Source: Felis catus (Eukaryota). Taken from it: DNA of 64,000 nucleotides. The stretch covers positions 182,778,001 to 182,842,000 of the forward strand of contig NC_058368.1 of NCBI RefSeq assembly GCF_018350175.1. The letters run 5' to 3'. Made by a program: the position numbers and the translations under genes. Position 1 is the stretch's first letter. Every line of letters begins with the position of its first letter. Below, in pieces: positions 36,787-49,732 of this stretch. The notes beneath the pieces were generated by a model. It was not told where the DNA came from, did no database searches, and saw only the letters and a program-made list of their open reading frames with translations.

Positions 36787-37510
36787 AGATCACATGGTGA
36801 TTCTGATTTTATAAAGTTCTGCCATATTGCTTTTTATAGCAACTAGCCTGTTTTATATCACCACCAACAGTACACAAGAGTTCCAATTCCTCTGTATCCT
36901 TGCCAACATGTTATACTGTTTTTTTTTATATTAACCATTTTAATTAGTACAAAGTGGTATCTTATTGTAGTTGCTTTTTTTTAAACGTTTACTTATTTAT
37001 CTTGAGAGAGAGAATGAGCAAGAAGGGGGGGCAGAGAGAGGGAGATAGAGAATCCCAAACAGGCTCCACACTGTTAGTGCAGAGCCCAACACAGGGCTCG
37101 GATGCACCAACTATGAGATTATTACCTGAGCCAAAAATCAAGAGTTAGATGCTTAACCAACTGAGACACCAGGTGCCCCTTATTGTAGTTTTGATTTTCA
37201 TTTCCCTATTTATTAGTGATGTTGAACATCCTTTCATGTGCCTCATAGCCATCAGCTCTTTGGGAAAATGTCTATTCAAGTCTTTTGCCTATTTTTTTTT
37301 AATATTGGGTTCTTTGCTTGCATTGTGGTTGAGTTTAGGAGTTCTAGTTTCTAGATATTAATCTCTTATAAGATATGATATGCAAATATTTTCACCCATT
37401 CTGTGTATTCCCTTTTTACTTTGTTGATATTTCTTTGAAGGTGTACATTTAAAATTTTTTTTTTAAATCAAATCCAATTTGTCAACTTCTTATTTTGCTG
37501 CCTGTCTTTG
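36787..37510 (-). mobile_element. L1MB-like element resumes (antisense), with nested SINE
   Basis: AGATCACATGGTGATTCT...CACCAACAGTACACAAGAGTTCCAATT...TTTGGGAAAATGTCTATTCAAGTCTTTTGCC. Confidence 0.88.
36975..37179 (-). mobile_element. CanSINE
   Basis: Antisense; TSD TTATTGTAGTT on both sides. Confidence 0.95.
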
Positions 37511-37786
37511 AAAGAATTTGCATGTTGATCTTTTCTAAAACTTACAACATAAAGAGTAAGCATTCAATTATTTAATTTACAATTAATTTATATTTTTCTG
37601 CACCAGATTTTTTAGATCTATCTTTAAGCTGTAAAGACAAATCTTTGAAATTGTTCTGCATTTATTTTCTAAACTCATATTGTCTACTATGACACGAATA
37701 GGGAGTGTTTCACTTATAAATGTAGTTTACATGCTATTTTGTACTAGATAAATACTAAGGTTTGTTGTTATCATGTATCTTTTATA

Positions 37787-37959
37787 ATTTTTTAATGTTT
37801 ATTTATTTTTGAGGGAGAGAGAGTGGGAGAGGGGCAGTGAGAGAGGGAGACGTAGGATCTGAAGCATGCTCCAGGCTCTGAGCTGTCAAACTCACAAACC
37901 GTGAGATCATGACCTGAGCCAAAGTCGGACACTGAACTGACCAAGCCACCTAGGTGCCC
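37787..37959 (-). mobile_element. CanSINE with small internal deletion
   Basis: TSD ATCATGTATCTTTTA (37770-37784 / 37960-37974); GAGCTGTCA joins directly to AACTCACAAACC. Confidence 0.95.
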
Positions 37960-38517
37960 ATCATGTATCTTTTAACATGTTCATACTTCAGTGACTTTGG
38001 TCAAATAGGATCACAGTTACATCAGAGCATGATTTAAAACATACTTAAATACACCTATCACATAAAACTTAAAAAAAAATATTTAATGTGTGTACTCTCA
38101 GCACTATTACATGTTGAGTTTGTAGTGTTTTGGCATCTTATTTTCTAGCATTTAAAGAATAGTAGGGAAATTTAGTGATATATCAGCCAAATACAGAGAT
38201 CTATATGCTCTGTTGTTAGGCTGAGGTTGTTGCCACAGAATCTTCTAAAAAACTTGCTAAGAATTAATAATAAAGGACAAGTAATGCTTTAAGGATATTA
38301 CGTATCCCAGTAAATTATTTTATGATTTGGACAATGTTTTTATTATATATTGCATAACTGATTCATAAAGTAATTGTATAGTTTTAATTCCTGGCCTTAT
38401 TAATGATGTATTGGCATTTTTAGAAGCTTGTAATTTTAAAAGGTCTTGGGATACAATTTGTATATTTTTAAAGTAAAGTAGTATTTGATTTCATTTTCTT
38501 TCATTGCTAAGTGCTAT

Positions 38518-38630
38518 TTTTATTTAATTTTTATGTTTTTCAAGTAATCTCTACACCCAATGTGAGGCTCAAACTCACAACCCCAAGATCAAGAGTTAAA
38601 GGCTCTACTAACAGCTACCCAGGCAACCCA
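38518..38630 (-). mobile_element. Short tRNA-Lys-like carnivore SINE variant
   Basis: AAGTAATCTCTACACCCAATGTGAGGCTCAAACTCACAACCCCAAGATCAAGAG; flanks GCTAAGTGCTATTTTT / GTTAAATGCTATTTTT. Confidence 0.8.
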
Positions 38631-39547
38631 GTTAAATGCTATTTTTAAATTAACTACCTAAAAATCACTTTTAGATAGATAGAAAATATATTCCTACCTA
38701 TGTTACCTTTAACATAAAGCTATTGCATATTATTTAATAATGTTGCAAATGGAGCATACTTGCAGATTCTTTGACATTTCACAGAACATCCATAATTCAA
38801 TGAATTATGAATTCCACCCTTAATTCAATGAAAGGGTTAAAAGCACAGGCTTCAATTTTTTTCTTTCACATATATTAACTATGTAATGTGGGGCATTTAA
38901 TCTAAAACCTCTAAGCCTTTTTTTCCTTACCTGCTCAAGGTTCTGACGCCACAAAGTTGTCCACAATTCAATGGCTTGACGCGTGGAAACCACTAGGCCA
39001 GAGTTTGTTATATGCTCAAAATGTCAGTTATTGTTTTTATTGACACTGCTATGGTTATAATTACTACAGAATTCTAGTCGTTATTCTTTCTAAGCAAATA
39101 CCATTAATAAACGACAAACTTCTCCTTTTCTTTCTTCACAATTCAGTCTATGTGTGAGAAGCTGGCCATTTGAAGGTGGTGTTCCCCATAACTTCTCTAC
39201 CTAAGTTCAACAGGCCTAACATGCTTTGTGGAGTTCTTTATTTCTAAAATCAGCTTAAAGCCAAGGTTTATTGCTTTCCTACTATTTAGAAGATTTAGAA
39301 GTAGGTGGTTTGAGGGGATACAAAGATGAACAAGCCACAATTATTTGTTGAGGGAAGATCAAATCTAGCCGAAGAGATAAAATGTCCTCAAAGAACTACA
39401 GTGGAAAACATAATGTGCTAAATACTACCATAGAGCAACAAAGGACCTCAGGCATATAGCAAACAGAGCTTAACTGCTGAGTGCTCAAGGCAAGTAGGGC
39501 TGAGAAACTCTTAGGATAACCCTTTCTATTCAAAAATGACTGAGTCT

Positions 39548-40003
39548 TCTTATGAGCTGAATCATGTCTTTGGGGGAGAGGGGCCCAAAAGACATTGAAA
39601 TCCTAACCCTCAATACCTCACATGTGACTTTTTTGGAAACAGGGTCTTTACAGAGGTATATTAAAAGAAGTCATTAGAGTGGGCCCTAATGCAATGTGAC
39701 TACTATCCTTACAAAAAGTGAAATTTGGACACAGAGACAACATGCACACAAAGAAGATAATGTGAAGATATAGGGAGAAGATCCCGTGTATGTGGGGTGC
39801 AAAGGAATGTCAGAAATTGCCTACAACTAAATTAAGCTAGAAGAGGGAAAGGGATTTTCCCTAGAGCCATCAGAGAAAACACAGTCCAGCTGACACCTTG
39901 GTTTCAGACTTCTAGACTCTTAGAAGGGTGAGACAAGAAATCCTGCTGATTTAAGCCACTAAGTTTTCATACACTGTATTGGCAGCTCCAGGAAGCTGAT
40001 ACA
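39548..40003 (+). mobile_element. MLT1 (MaLR) solo LTR
   Basis: TTATGAGCTGAAT start, GAAATCCTAACCCTCAATACCTCACATGTGACT, GACACCTTGGTTTCAGACTTCTAG, end GGAAGCTGATACA. Confidence 0.9.
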
Positions 40004-40186
40004 GTTCTAAATTACTTGATACTGGAGAAACAGAAAAATACCACATGCCAGGCAGGGAAGTGGAAACTAATAACCATATTCTGAGTATATGCATCTAACG
40101 TGAAAGCCTTTTAAACTATTTGACTTGTGGAAGAAAAAAAAAACTACACAGCATAAGACCTTAATATAAGCCCTTGTACAAGACCA

Positions 40187-40204
40187 TTTTTTTAATATTT
40201 ATTT

Positions 40205-40251
<47 letters not shown>

Positions 40252-40420
40252 CATGTGCAAGTGGGGCAGGGGCAGAGGGAGAGAGAACCCCAAGCAGGCT
40301 CCATCCTGTCAGTACAGAGTCCATGTGGGGCTCCATCTGATGACAGTGAGATCATGACCTGAACTGAAGTCAAGAGTCTGATGCTTAACCCACTGAGTCA
40401 CCCAGTGACTCAGTGCACCC
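40187..40420 (-). mobile_element. CanSINE with hairpin insertion in head
   Basis: Antisense; TSD CAAGACCATTTTT / CAAGAGCATTTTT. Confidence 0.95.
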
Positions 40421-40799
40421 CAAGAGCATTTTTAAACATTCCATTTTGAAAGCATCTACCTGCTATATTAATATTTCTATTAGAAATCAACATATCTACT
40501 ACCTACCTACTTTTTTGCCTTCACAAAAAAATTCTTGTATTTGCAGTGCTATACAGATGATAGGCTTTGAAAATTGTTTTTTGTCGATTAGCCCATAAAA
40601 ACAGCATAAATTATTCTTTCTTTCAAATGGGGAAACGCTTGCCCCAACTAACTCAAGTGTGTTGTTAAAAACAAAGAAAATAACGAGTATTAAAGTGTTT
40701 AAATTTTTCACAAATCACCAAGAAAATATATAAAGTATTATTAGTGAACCATTTAATATGTGGAATTAAAAACCACACTTTTAAAATAATTTAAGTCTT

Positions 40800-41010
40800 G
40801 GGGCACCTCGGTGGCTCAGTCAGTTGAGGGTCTGACTTCGGCTCAGTTTTTGAGTTTGAGCCCCGCACCGGGCTCTGTGCTGACAGCTCAGAGCCTGGAG
40901 CCTGTTTCAGATTCTGTGTCTCCCTCTCTCTGCCCCTTCCCCACTCATGCTCTGTCTCTCTCTGTCTCTCAAAAAATGAGTAAATGTTAAAACAATTTTT
41001 TAATAAAAAT
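40800..41010 (+). mobile_element. CanSINE with internal deletion
   Basis: TSD AAAATAATTTAAGTCT at 40783-40798 and 41011-41026. Confidence 0.96.
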
Positions 41011-44000
41011 AAAATAATTTAAGTCTATAATAAAATATATGTTTGTTTTAAATTTTGGCCATCTCTTTAAATTGGCATTTTACTTGAAAGGGAAATAATT
41101 ATTGGATAAGGTATACTTTCATGATTTATCTTCATCTATTTCTTGCTAAAACAAAAACAAAAAAGAAAAATAAAGACAAAAAAATCCTCTTATTACTTGG
41201 AGGAGGGATTTGTTCTGACATGAAATAAATTAGAAACGGTACGAATGTGAAAGACTAAAACTCAAAGAAAAACAGGATGCAAATGTAATTCCCAAAGCAC
41301 TGTCATTTACAGAGAGATCTTTATTTTGGCTTCTCTGAGTTTTGCATTAATTGTATCTCAAATATTCAGAAAAATCAAAACAAAAATACCTAGAAAAGCA
41401 AAATCAGGAAATACTAATTTTATTTATCTGTTTAGGCAAGAATTGGAACCCTACAATCCACTTTCTGAATTATTTATTCCAGTCTGATTCAATGAGTAAA
41501 AAGTGGAAATTCTTCCCCGGGTTACACATTAGAGTCATTAGCAAACCTTGACACATTCCATCATTAACTGGGAAAGTTGGAAACACCTGGAACTTGTTTT
41601 CCTTCTTTCTTTCTTTCTTTCGTTCTTTCTTTCTTTCAAAACCTAGTCATTTTTAATTCATGCTAGAGACCTGGAATACTGGTCTCTTAGAACTTTTGGA
41701 TTTACTGGTCACACCTATTTCATGTTTCTGATGATTACCTCTCAACTAACTCCCTGTCTTGTTCTAATTTAGTACCTCCAAGAAATACATCTATCTTCTT
41801 AACTTCTCTGGTGAATATTTCTAAAAATAAACACTTGAACCATCACCAATCACTAACTCTTCGTCCCCTCATCTTGTATATGCTCCCATCCTCCATGTTC
41901 ACATACCCTTTCCAAGAAAATCTAAGGTGAAAACCATCTTTCTTTTGATAGCAGAGTTCCCTTGGAGCAGGTTATCTCTTCTCTGCAGTCCCCAGATTCC
42001 TGGCCAAGGAGGTAGAGTTGACAAATCTGGGAGTCCCCATTGTCAATTCCAGATAATCATGCAAAGTTTTATTAGAAATAATAAGGTAAATACTGGTAGG
42101 ATATGGTCAGTTTGCTTAAAAATATTTTCTTCCAAAATTGTTTCATTCTCATTTCTATCCTCTAAAAGAACGATAGTTTAATAGCTAAGATTGAGAAACT
42201 CATATTTTTTCTAGTAACTACTGATGATATAAAATATGCATGAATTTTCAGGCAAAACACAAGCTAGTCTGTTAAGATAAACAAAAAGAAAGGGATTGAG
42301 AGCAAAATTTTATTAATGTATTGCTGACAAAATAAAAAGAGGGAAATAATTTTGATCTCAATCTCTGGAAAAGGGTTCAGAGAATTTGTTTCATTTCATT
42401 GGAGCTGAATCCAAGCTAATCTAAGATCTTGCAAAATCTGATCTAAGTCACATGAATATCTAATGTAGCAGGAAAAATACATATTTGTGTAATTTATATG
42501 TTGTTTTAATGATTGCATAATTGTTTTATTTGTAAGAATTGTTCTGACATCCGGGTTTAACACAAATAGATACAGATATACTAATATATAAATATATTGA
42601 TATATATCAATGTGATCTTTTCAAAGATATAGCCCAAAAGTCCTAATAAAAATACTTATTTGATTATTTAAAGGGATGAACATTGGGTAAGCCTCAAAGT
42701 GCACACAGGATTTTGTTTAAAAATAAATTAAAATATAACCAACAGACTATACAACAACCCAAGAAGTAAAATAATTTTACACCAAGCTTATTTTAGGTGT
42801 TGATGGGAGAAATTCATTGGCAAGCTGGTACCCTACACAGTTACTGAACAACAGAGTCTTGGTGTTTTGTATATATCTCTTAAGTCCTTTTGCAATTATG
42901 AAGGGATGTAGCTAAGTATATTTCTCACACTGTCAATGCATTAAACTATTTCCTGAATTAAATAGCTTACCAATAACAAACAGTTGTCAAATAAAAGAAA
43001 ACAATAATGCTAGCCATCAGTCTGTATGTTTGATAAATAGTACCTGTTAGCTCTTGTAACAATCTCAGGAGGTGTTATTTTTATTATTAGTATCTCAAGT
43101 GGTTTCTTTTCATTTATACAAAAAATAGGACTTTAGCTATCAACACAAACAACACCAGGCCTTATTCTGAAAAGGAAGAAAACAGGAATAAATGGTGCCA
43201 AGTCTTACTCAAGGTCACACGGCTTGGAATTCAGTTTAGTGTCCATTTAACAATGGCCATCTTGGTAGTGTTTTTCTAGATATTTTGGCATTGTAGAAAC
43301 TTAACAAAAAGTGTCCAAACATGATTGAATGTAACTAGAGACAATGTGAGGCGTTAGGCTTAAATGAGAAAGATTTGGGGAAGGGGTGATAGAACAGGTC
43401 AAAAAATAAAACTCACCCTGTGAATCATATAAATGAGTAACAAATAGAGCAAATGTGCTTCTCACTTTTGTAAAATTTAAGGATGTAGCTATCTTTTATG
43501 AGAGCGTGCATGAAGTACTTCCAATTTGTGACCTCTCAAAGTCCCTTTTATCTCATATAGTCTCTGATTCTATAATGACTACTGCTACAAATAATATTAG
43601 TAGACAGATAAGAAACAGACAGGGGAAAAGAGGGGAAATCACCTCAAACAGCGATAACAGAAGGTGGAATTAAGTCATTGTTATACATGGCAGTTGTGCC
43701 TTTCAAGACATCACTTTTGTAAAGCTCCTAAGAGAAAAGGGGATTTAAAAAAAATGTTTCATATTAATTAAATTCCATATTGCATCAACCCATCATCCAG
43801 TGTATTACGATCATATTACGGGAAACAATTTGTCATTCAAGAACTTGCTAACCATCTCAATAGCAATGGTCTCTTAGAAACAGATCTTAGGAAGGTGAAT
43901 AACAACAGGCATGTGTTGCTTGGGAACAGAAGATTTTTCATTTCCCTACTAGTCTGAATAGCCAGTTGATTTATTTAGGAACAAAAGCACAACATTCAAT

Positions 44001-44675
44001 ATCTTATGAAAGACACCTACATAAAACCCCTTAAGAACTAATGATTTTTAGGTATAATTTGAAAGATGTGTTCAAGTACTAAACCAGAGTAAAAAATCAG
44101 CCACTTTATCAATTCATACTAGTGGTTAGCTCTGAAAATTTAATGGAATACTAGGAAGCAGAAAGGTGGCAAAATGTCTTTAGGGAAGAAAATGTCTTTG
44201 GGAAGAAAACTGTGTAAATCTTCAAGGGCAGAATTTGGGAAGTATGGTATGAAGGGGTTTGGAAATGTATACAAATTATTTTAAGCCACATGTGCACAGA
44301 TGTATAGGTTATTACTATTTTCCCCACAAATGATATCATAATCCAGATAATTGACTGAAATCATTTTAGACCTCACAAAGGAATACTGAGTGAATTGTGT
44401 CTGAGGGCAAAACACAGTGACCACACCTAACTGGGAACTCCTTAATAATTGTGTCTATGTATAAATGACTTTGAGGCCTGACTCAGCACCATTTAACAGT
44501 AGTTAAGAACAAGGTCTCTGAAGTTACACTAGCTGTGTTTAAAATTTCTGACCCCAGGGCTACTTATTTTGGCACTGTAGAGATTTATTTATTACTCCAC
44601 TAATGCACTTGTTACTATTTATGCAGCAAGAGGTGGGGTGGGGAGAAAAGATCTAATTACAACCTTCAAGGAGGT

Positions 44676-45114
44676 TCTAGTGGGTCCTAGGCACTTCTGC
44701 CTTGTGGGCCTCCTTTATATATATAAGTGTAAAATTGTACTTTATGACCATGTTGGTGTAAAAAGACTGTAATAACATGTTAAGACACTTTTTTTTTTCA
44801 ACGTTTATTTATTTTGGGGACAGAGAGAGACAGAGCATGAACAGGGGAGGGGCAGAGAGAGAGGGAGACACAGAATCGGAAGCAGGCTCCAGGCTCTGAG
44901 ACGTCAGCCCAGAGCCTGACGCGGGGCTCGAACTCACGGACCGCGAGATCGTGACCTGGCTGAAGTCCGATGCTTAACCGACTGTGCCACCCAGGCGCCC
45001 CAAGACACTTTTATCTCCGTATTTTTTCTTCTGATTTTAAAATTAATTAGAATTTTTGTGTGTGCGTGAGCCTTAGATACTGTGCCCACTGTACCTAAAT
45101 AGAGACATCAGCCC
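44676..45114 (-). mobile_element. MER96B-like hAT MITE split by a SINE
   Basis: GTGGGTCCTAGGCACTTCTGCCTTGTGGGCC ... TTTTTTCTTCTGATTTTAAAA ... CTTAGATACTGTGCCCACTGTACCTAA. Confidence 0.7.
44789..45001 (-). mobile_element. Young felid CanSINE
   Basis: CpG-rich antisense copy; TSD AAGACACTTTT. Confidence 0.97.
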
Positions 45115-45270
45115 ATTCTGTTCCCACTTAATACATTTATGACCTTTGGCAACTTAACCAATTCTCTATGCCTCAGCTTTGTCATTTATAAAAGGAAAAG
45201 ACAGTAATAGTACTTATTCAATTTCATTGTATTGCTGTGATAATTGAATGACATAATCTACCTTGAAAGA
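45115..45270 (+). mobile_element. MIR fragment
   Basis: ATGACCTTTGGCAACTTAACCAATTCTCTATGCCTCAGCTTTGTCATTTATAAAAGG. Confidence 0.75.
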
Positions 45271-45707
45271 TGGAGGGTGCGCAGGCTGGAACAGAGGTGA
45301 GGATTGATAGGGCAGAGAAGTGTAAGAGGCAAACTTATGAGACAAGGATGAGAAGTGGGAGCAGAGTGGCTTTAAGGAGGGGGAAATTTCTAACCACAGT
45401 AGCTCCTCGTGCTTTAATGACTATGCTTCATCCATTTATGTGCCACTATTTTTCAAATATAGCTTACACTGAATTAAATAAAATATAAGTTGATTTAAAC
45501 TTATCAACTCCATACGTTTAGCTTTAGTACATTTTATCAAGCAAACCTGAAAAAAGCACTCTTTTTTTTTAAAGTGCAGTTATTCTTAATGTAGTATTTA
45601 AGGGAAAATTTATACCAAAAGAAGGTAATCATTGGTGTAAAGGAGATTAGCTGGAAGATTAAAGAGTCAAAGTGCATGAATAAAAGTTCAGAACTAAAGG
45701 CATCACT

Positions 45708-45915
45708 GGGGTGCCTGGGTGGCTCAGTTGGTTAAGCGTCTGACTCCTGATTTCTTCTCAAGTCATGATCTCACGGTTGGTGGGATGGAGCCCTGTGTCA
45801 GGCTCTGCTGACAGCATGGAGCCTGCTTGGGATTCTCTCTCCTTCTCAACTCCTCCCCAGCTCGCACACATGGGTGCATGTGCACACACACCCTCTCAAA
45901 ATAAACATTAAAATA
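45708..45915 (+). mobile_element. CanSINE
   Basis: GGGGTGCCTGGGTGGCTCAGTTGGTTAAGCG head; AAATAAACATTAAAA tail. Confidence 0.95.
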
Positions 45916-46159
45916 CACAACTTTTAGAACTGGTATATATCAAAATTTTAAAGTGAAAGTCACATATTTTGCAGCAGATATAATGTGAGTATCAGAGAAG
46001 TTGTGTAATTCCATAAATGGGTTATAACCCCAATCCATGATTCTTCCCTTTGGGGCCCCACCTCACTCCACACCAAATGTAGAGTAGTTCTGAGATGATG
46101 ATTTACAAAATAAGCATTATTATAGATTGTGTGCTTTTGATAGAAGGAAAACACTGTTT

Positions 46160-46880
46160 TCATTAATTCAAAAATATTTATTATATTGCTAATGTGCCTG
46201 ATAATGTTTATACAGTGTGGGAAAAGACATAGTATAACTTTTAAGGAGCTTCTAGTTTAGTCAATAGATTGTACATTCAATAAGTGAGTCAAGTAATGTG
46301 TGTACCATCGTGTAAGCTCTACAAAAGAGAAGCAAAGTTCCAGCAGAGTGGAAAATGGGAGCACATAGTATAGCTGAAGCATTCAGGAAATGCTTCCTTG
46401 AGAAAGAATGAGTAGGATGAGACACAAAGTTGAGATCAGGCAAAGAAGGTAGGAGAGGGTATTACAGTCAGAGATTACGAAGGCGTATCAAAGTGGCATT
46501 GCACTCCAATCACTTCATGGACACAAGGAAAATCAATTTGACTGTCACCTTAGGAGTAAGGAGGAGACTGGAGCAACATGAGGGAGGGGGGAGTTAGACG
46601 CAGGACTGAACATACAGGAATTTTCATAATAAAGGAAGGATTGTGCAGTTTATTGTAAGGGCAATGGGCTGCGAGTGAGTGTTGAAGTGATTTGAGAGTA
46701 GAATGGATGAAAAGTGACAGTCGTTTGTGGTAGGCTGGTGGGAGAGGATGGCGAGAGAGAAGGAATGAAAGTATCTTTAAAGGTAAAATACACAGGACTT
46801 GGATTCTGATTGTAAGAGATGAGGGGTGTGAAGGAGTTATCTAGGATGGTTTTGGTTGCCTGATACAAGTAACCGATGAC
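46160..46880 (-). mobile_element. L2 fragment (antisense)
   Basis: CATTAATTCAAAAATATTTATT start; GACTTGGATTCTGATTGTAAGAGATGAGGGG...GGAGTTATCTAGGATG. Confidence 0.65.
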
Positions 46881-47183
46881 TCAGGACATGCTATTTAAGA
46901 GGGTTTATACTGTGTTAGAAGTGGGGAATAAATGTCTTTTTCCTTTGTGGCTCTTTTCCTTCTAGTTCATCCTACAACGTTAGTTTAATAGGATTACAAG
47001 AGGCGAATAAATCTAAGATGGAGTCTAGAAACACAAATATACAATCAGGTAGTTTAATAATTTTTCACACCACTAGCTTGTATTTACAGTGTCTGCCATA
47101 TGCTCGACCCTTTTCTAAGATATTTATCTGAATATTACCGTGTATAGTCATTTAAATCCTTTTTCAATATGAAGTAGATACTA

Positions 47184-47186
<3 letters not shown>

Positions 47187-47236
<50 letters not shown>

Positions 47237-47255
47237 CCTCCCTCCCTCTCTCTCT
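47187..47255 (+). repeat. (CT)n microsatellite within a MIR remnant
   Basis: Directly visible; followed by ATTTTATAGAGGAAGAGACTCAAGTACAGAGAGG. Confidence 0.93.
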
Positions 47256-49426
47256 GTATTTTATAGAGGAAGAGACTCAAGTACAGAGAGGTCACAGTTA
47301 TTTAAGCAGCATGGAAATGACCACAATTTCATTGAAAGCTTGAACAGATTTTCAGGTCAGGCTTTGAACTATCAAGTGGTGCTGCCTCTCTTAACAGATC
47401 CTTCAGGTTTAATCTTAAACAAAAGGTGTAAAGCAGGCCTTATAAATCCACCTGTGGCCTAAATCCTCTGTGTTAAGAGGCTGGATAAGAATTTGGGGCC
47501 AAAACTGTAGATCACATTAGTTTTACTGACCTGATATCCTCTTGGGAATAAGAACCCCTATAGTATGTCTCCCAGGTTGAAGTTGGAAACAGAGATTTGT
47601 GTGATTGGCTCAGATTCTCATAACACATATAACCAAAATGAGTTTTTTTCAATTTGTCTTTCAGCCTTTTTCAACTGCTTTGCCATTAAGAGACTTCAGT
47701 TTTATGACAGAAATAAGCACCAGAATGAACTCGGCTTTTATGAATAAAGAAGATATATTATACTGCTATTATTTGGCAACATTTATAAAATCATTAATCA
47801 TGCTAAAGCATGAAAAGCAGAGACCTGTGATCTCTGCTCTCCAAAGGAGATACATGAAGCATTAGCTTGCTTAGAAGAGTAAGTGATGTCTTAAGTCACT
47901 GAATTGTTCAGTTTTATTACCACACAAATTCCATGTAATCAGTTCTTAGCAAAGCATATTGCCATAACACATTTCATGGTTCATTGACAAAAATGATCCT
48001 TCATCCCAGGTAAATAACAGTATGTGTCATATGTGTGTTATCAGATTCTGAGTCAAGCTCAGAGCACCTGAGGTAGTTAAATTTTTAGTGGGAAAATGTA
48101 ATTCATAAGTCAGATTTAAAAAAAAAAGTCTGAGTAATAGGTCTGACTACAGTAACTTACACTGTTCTTACACTCTGAAAAAGTCAAAATGAACAGAATG
48201 GAGATGTAAGAATGCACTGGTACAATGATGAATCCTTTCTTGTTAACGGTTTTTAATGCAGTGGCGGCAATAGCTCATCAACAATTATCAGGTATAAAGC
48301 ACAATGTAAACGAATCCTACTTTAAATTTACATTATTTAACTTAACTTGGGGATTATGAATAAATTTATCTGACGTGGAACAGCATACTTTAGTGAATGC
48401 TGATAAGAATCCTAGTGAGACCTTGCTGTTCATAGAAATCTGTCTCTCAAGGACATAACCTTTTCTGTCATGATTGCAACTCTCATTGCAAAATGAGAAA
48501 ATTAAATCACTTGGGAATGCTAGAAAAGACAGAAAACTTTAAACTAAATGCCACTCATAACACTAGAAAGCGGAGTAAATGATGTGTTGACTTTGATACA
48601 AGAGAACATCTATGACATTATCTATCATTAAGTCGAGAAATCTGTCAGGTATGTTTTCCTTACGATGATGGTTTTTTAACTAAGTCTGGGATTGAGCTGT
48701 TTAAATAATAATTGGCACATATATCAATTTAAACAAACTTCTTGGCCGTCCTATAAAACTTAAACCAATGAGAGCTTCAGAGTTCTGGATCCCTTAGCGG
48801 TTTTAAGCCTAAATAAATAATAAGCCTAAATAAACCTTTAGCACCACTCTAACCCTCTGTCCTACCTCAATTCACCATAGCCAAATGGTCTCTGCTCAGG
48901 GGTATGCATGATTCACTAAAATACAGTTATGTAATATAGTTAGCAGTAGTCTTTCCAAAGGTAAAAGGTGGTATATGGATAGAAAAAGTAAATTAACGTT
49001 GTAGGGAAAAAATAATTTGGAGGGAAATTGTTTGTTGCCAATACCTATATCATTTTCTGCACACACACAGAAAAAAAAGAAAGAGATCCTGCTTTAAATT
49101 TAACTACATCTTAAGTCACTTATTAGAAATTTAGCAATAAGTTGTCCTTTAGATATTTTTCTCTAGGAAGATAAGACCCAATTACTTGTTCTCATATTTA
49201 TAAAATATTAAAAGTTATTTTCATGTGTATTTATGTTTTCTCTGCTCATAGTTCATATTTTTATAACATATAAAAGATCCATGATTTAGATCTATCAGAA
49301 AATCTAATGGTTCAGCCAAATAAATCTATATTCAGAACAAGAGGGAATATGAAAAATTTTAGACTTCTACTTGAAAGGGCTTCTCAGAAGCATTGTATAA
49401 TAGGTTAACTTTGAAACATTCATACA

Positions 49427-49430
<4 letters not shown>

Positions 49431-49478
<48 letters not shown>

Positions 49479-49481
49479 ATG
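49431..49481 (+). repeat. (TG)n microsatellite
   Basis: Directly visible. Confidence 0.97.
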
Positions 49482-49520
49482 CTTTCCCAAACACCAGATT
49501 GTAGATCATGTGTGAGACTA

Positions 49521-49635
49521 TAGGAAATCCCTGATTTCCTTATTTCCTTATTTATTCATTTATTTATTTAGGAAATCCCTGATTGATTGATTTAGGAAAT
49601 CCCTGATTTATTTATTCATTTATTTATTTATTAGG
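49521..49635 (+). repeat. 3 x TAGGAAATCCCTGATT interspersed with TTTA/TTGA repeats
   Basis: Exact copies at 49521-49536, 49569-49584, 49593-49608. Confidence 0.95.
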
Positions 49636-49732
49636 AGTAATTGGTACTTCATGATATACCTACTTAAAATGAATCTGCTAGTCTGTAGTAAAAAGTGAAA
49701 GAGAACATTGTCTCAATTATGATAGTTCAGGG

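Noticed and set aside
38540..38630. Possible tRNA-Lys gene
   Set aside because: Degenerate, with an A-rich tail and TSD, so it is a SINE-type retrocopy
49521..49635. CRISPR-like repeat-spacer appearance
   Set aside because: Mammalian DNA, 16-bp repeats, unequal low-complexity spacers, no cas genes
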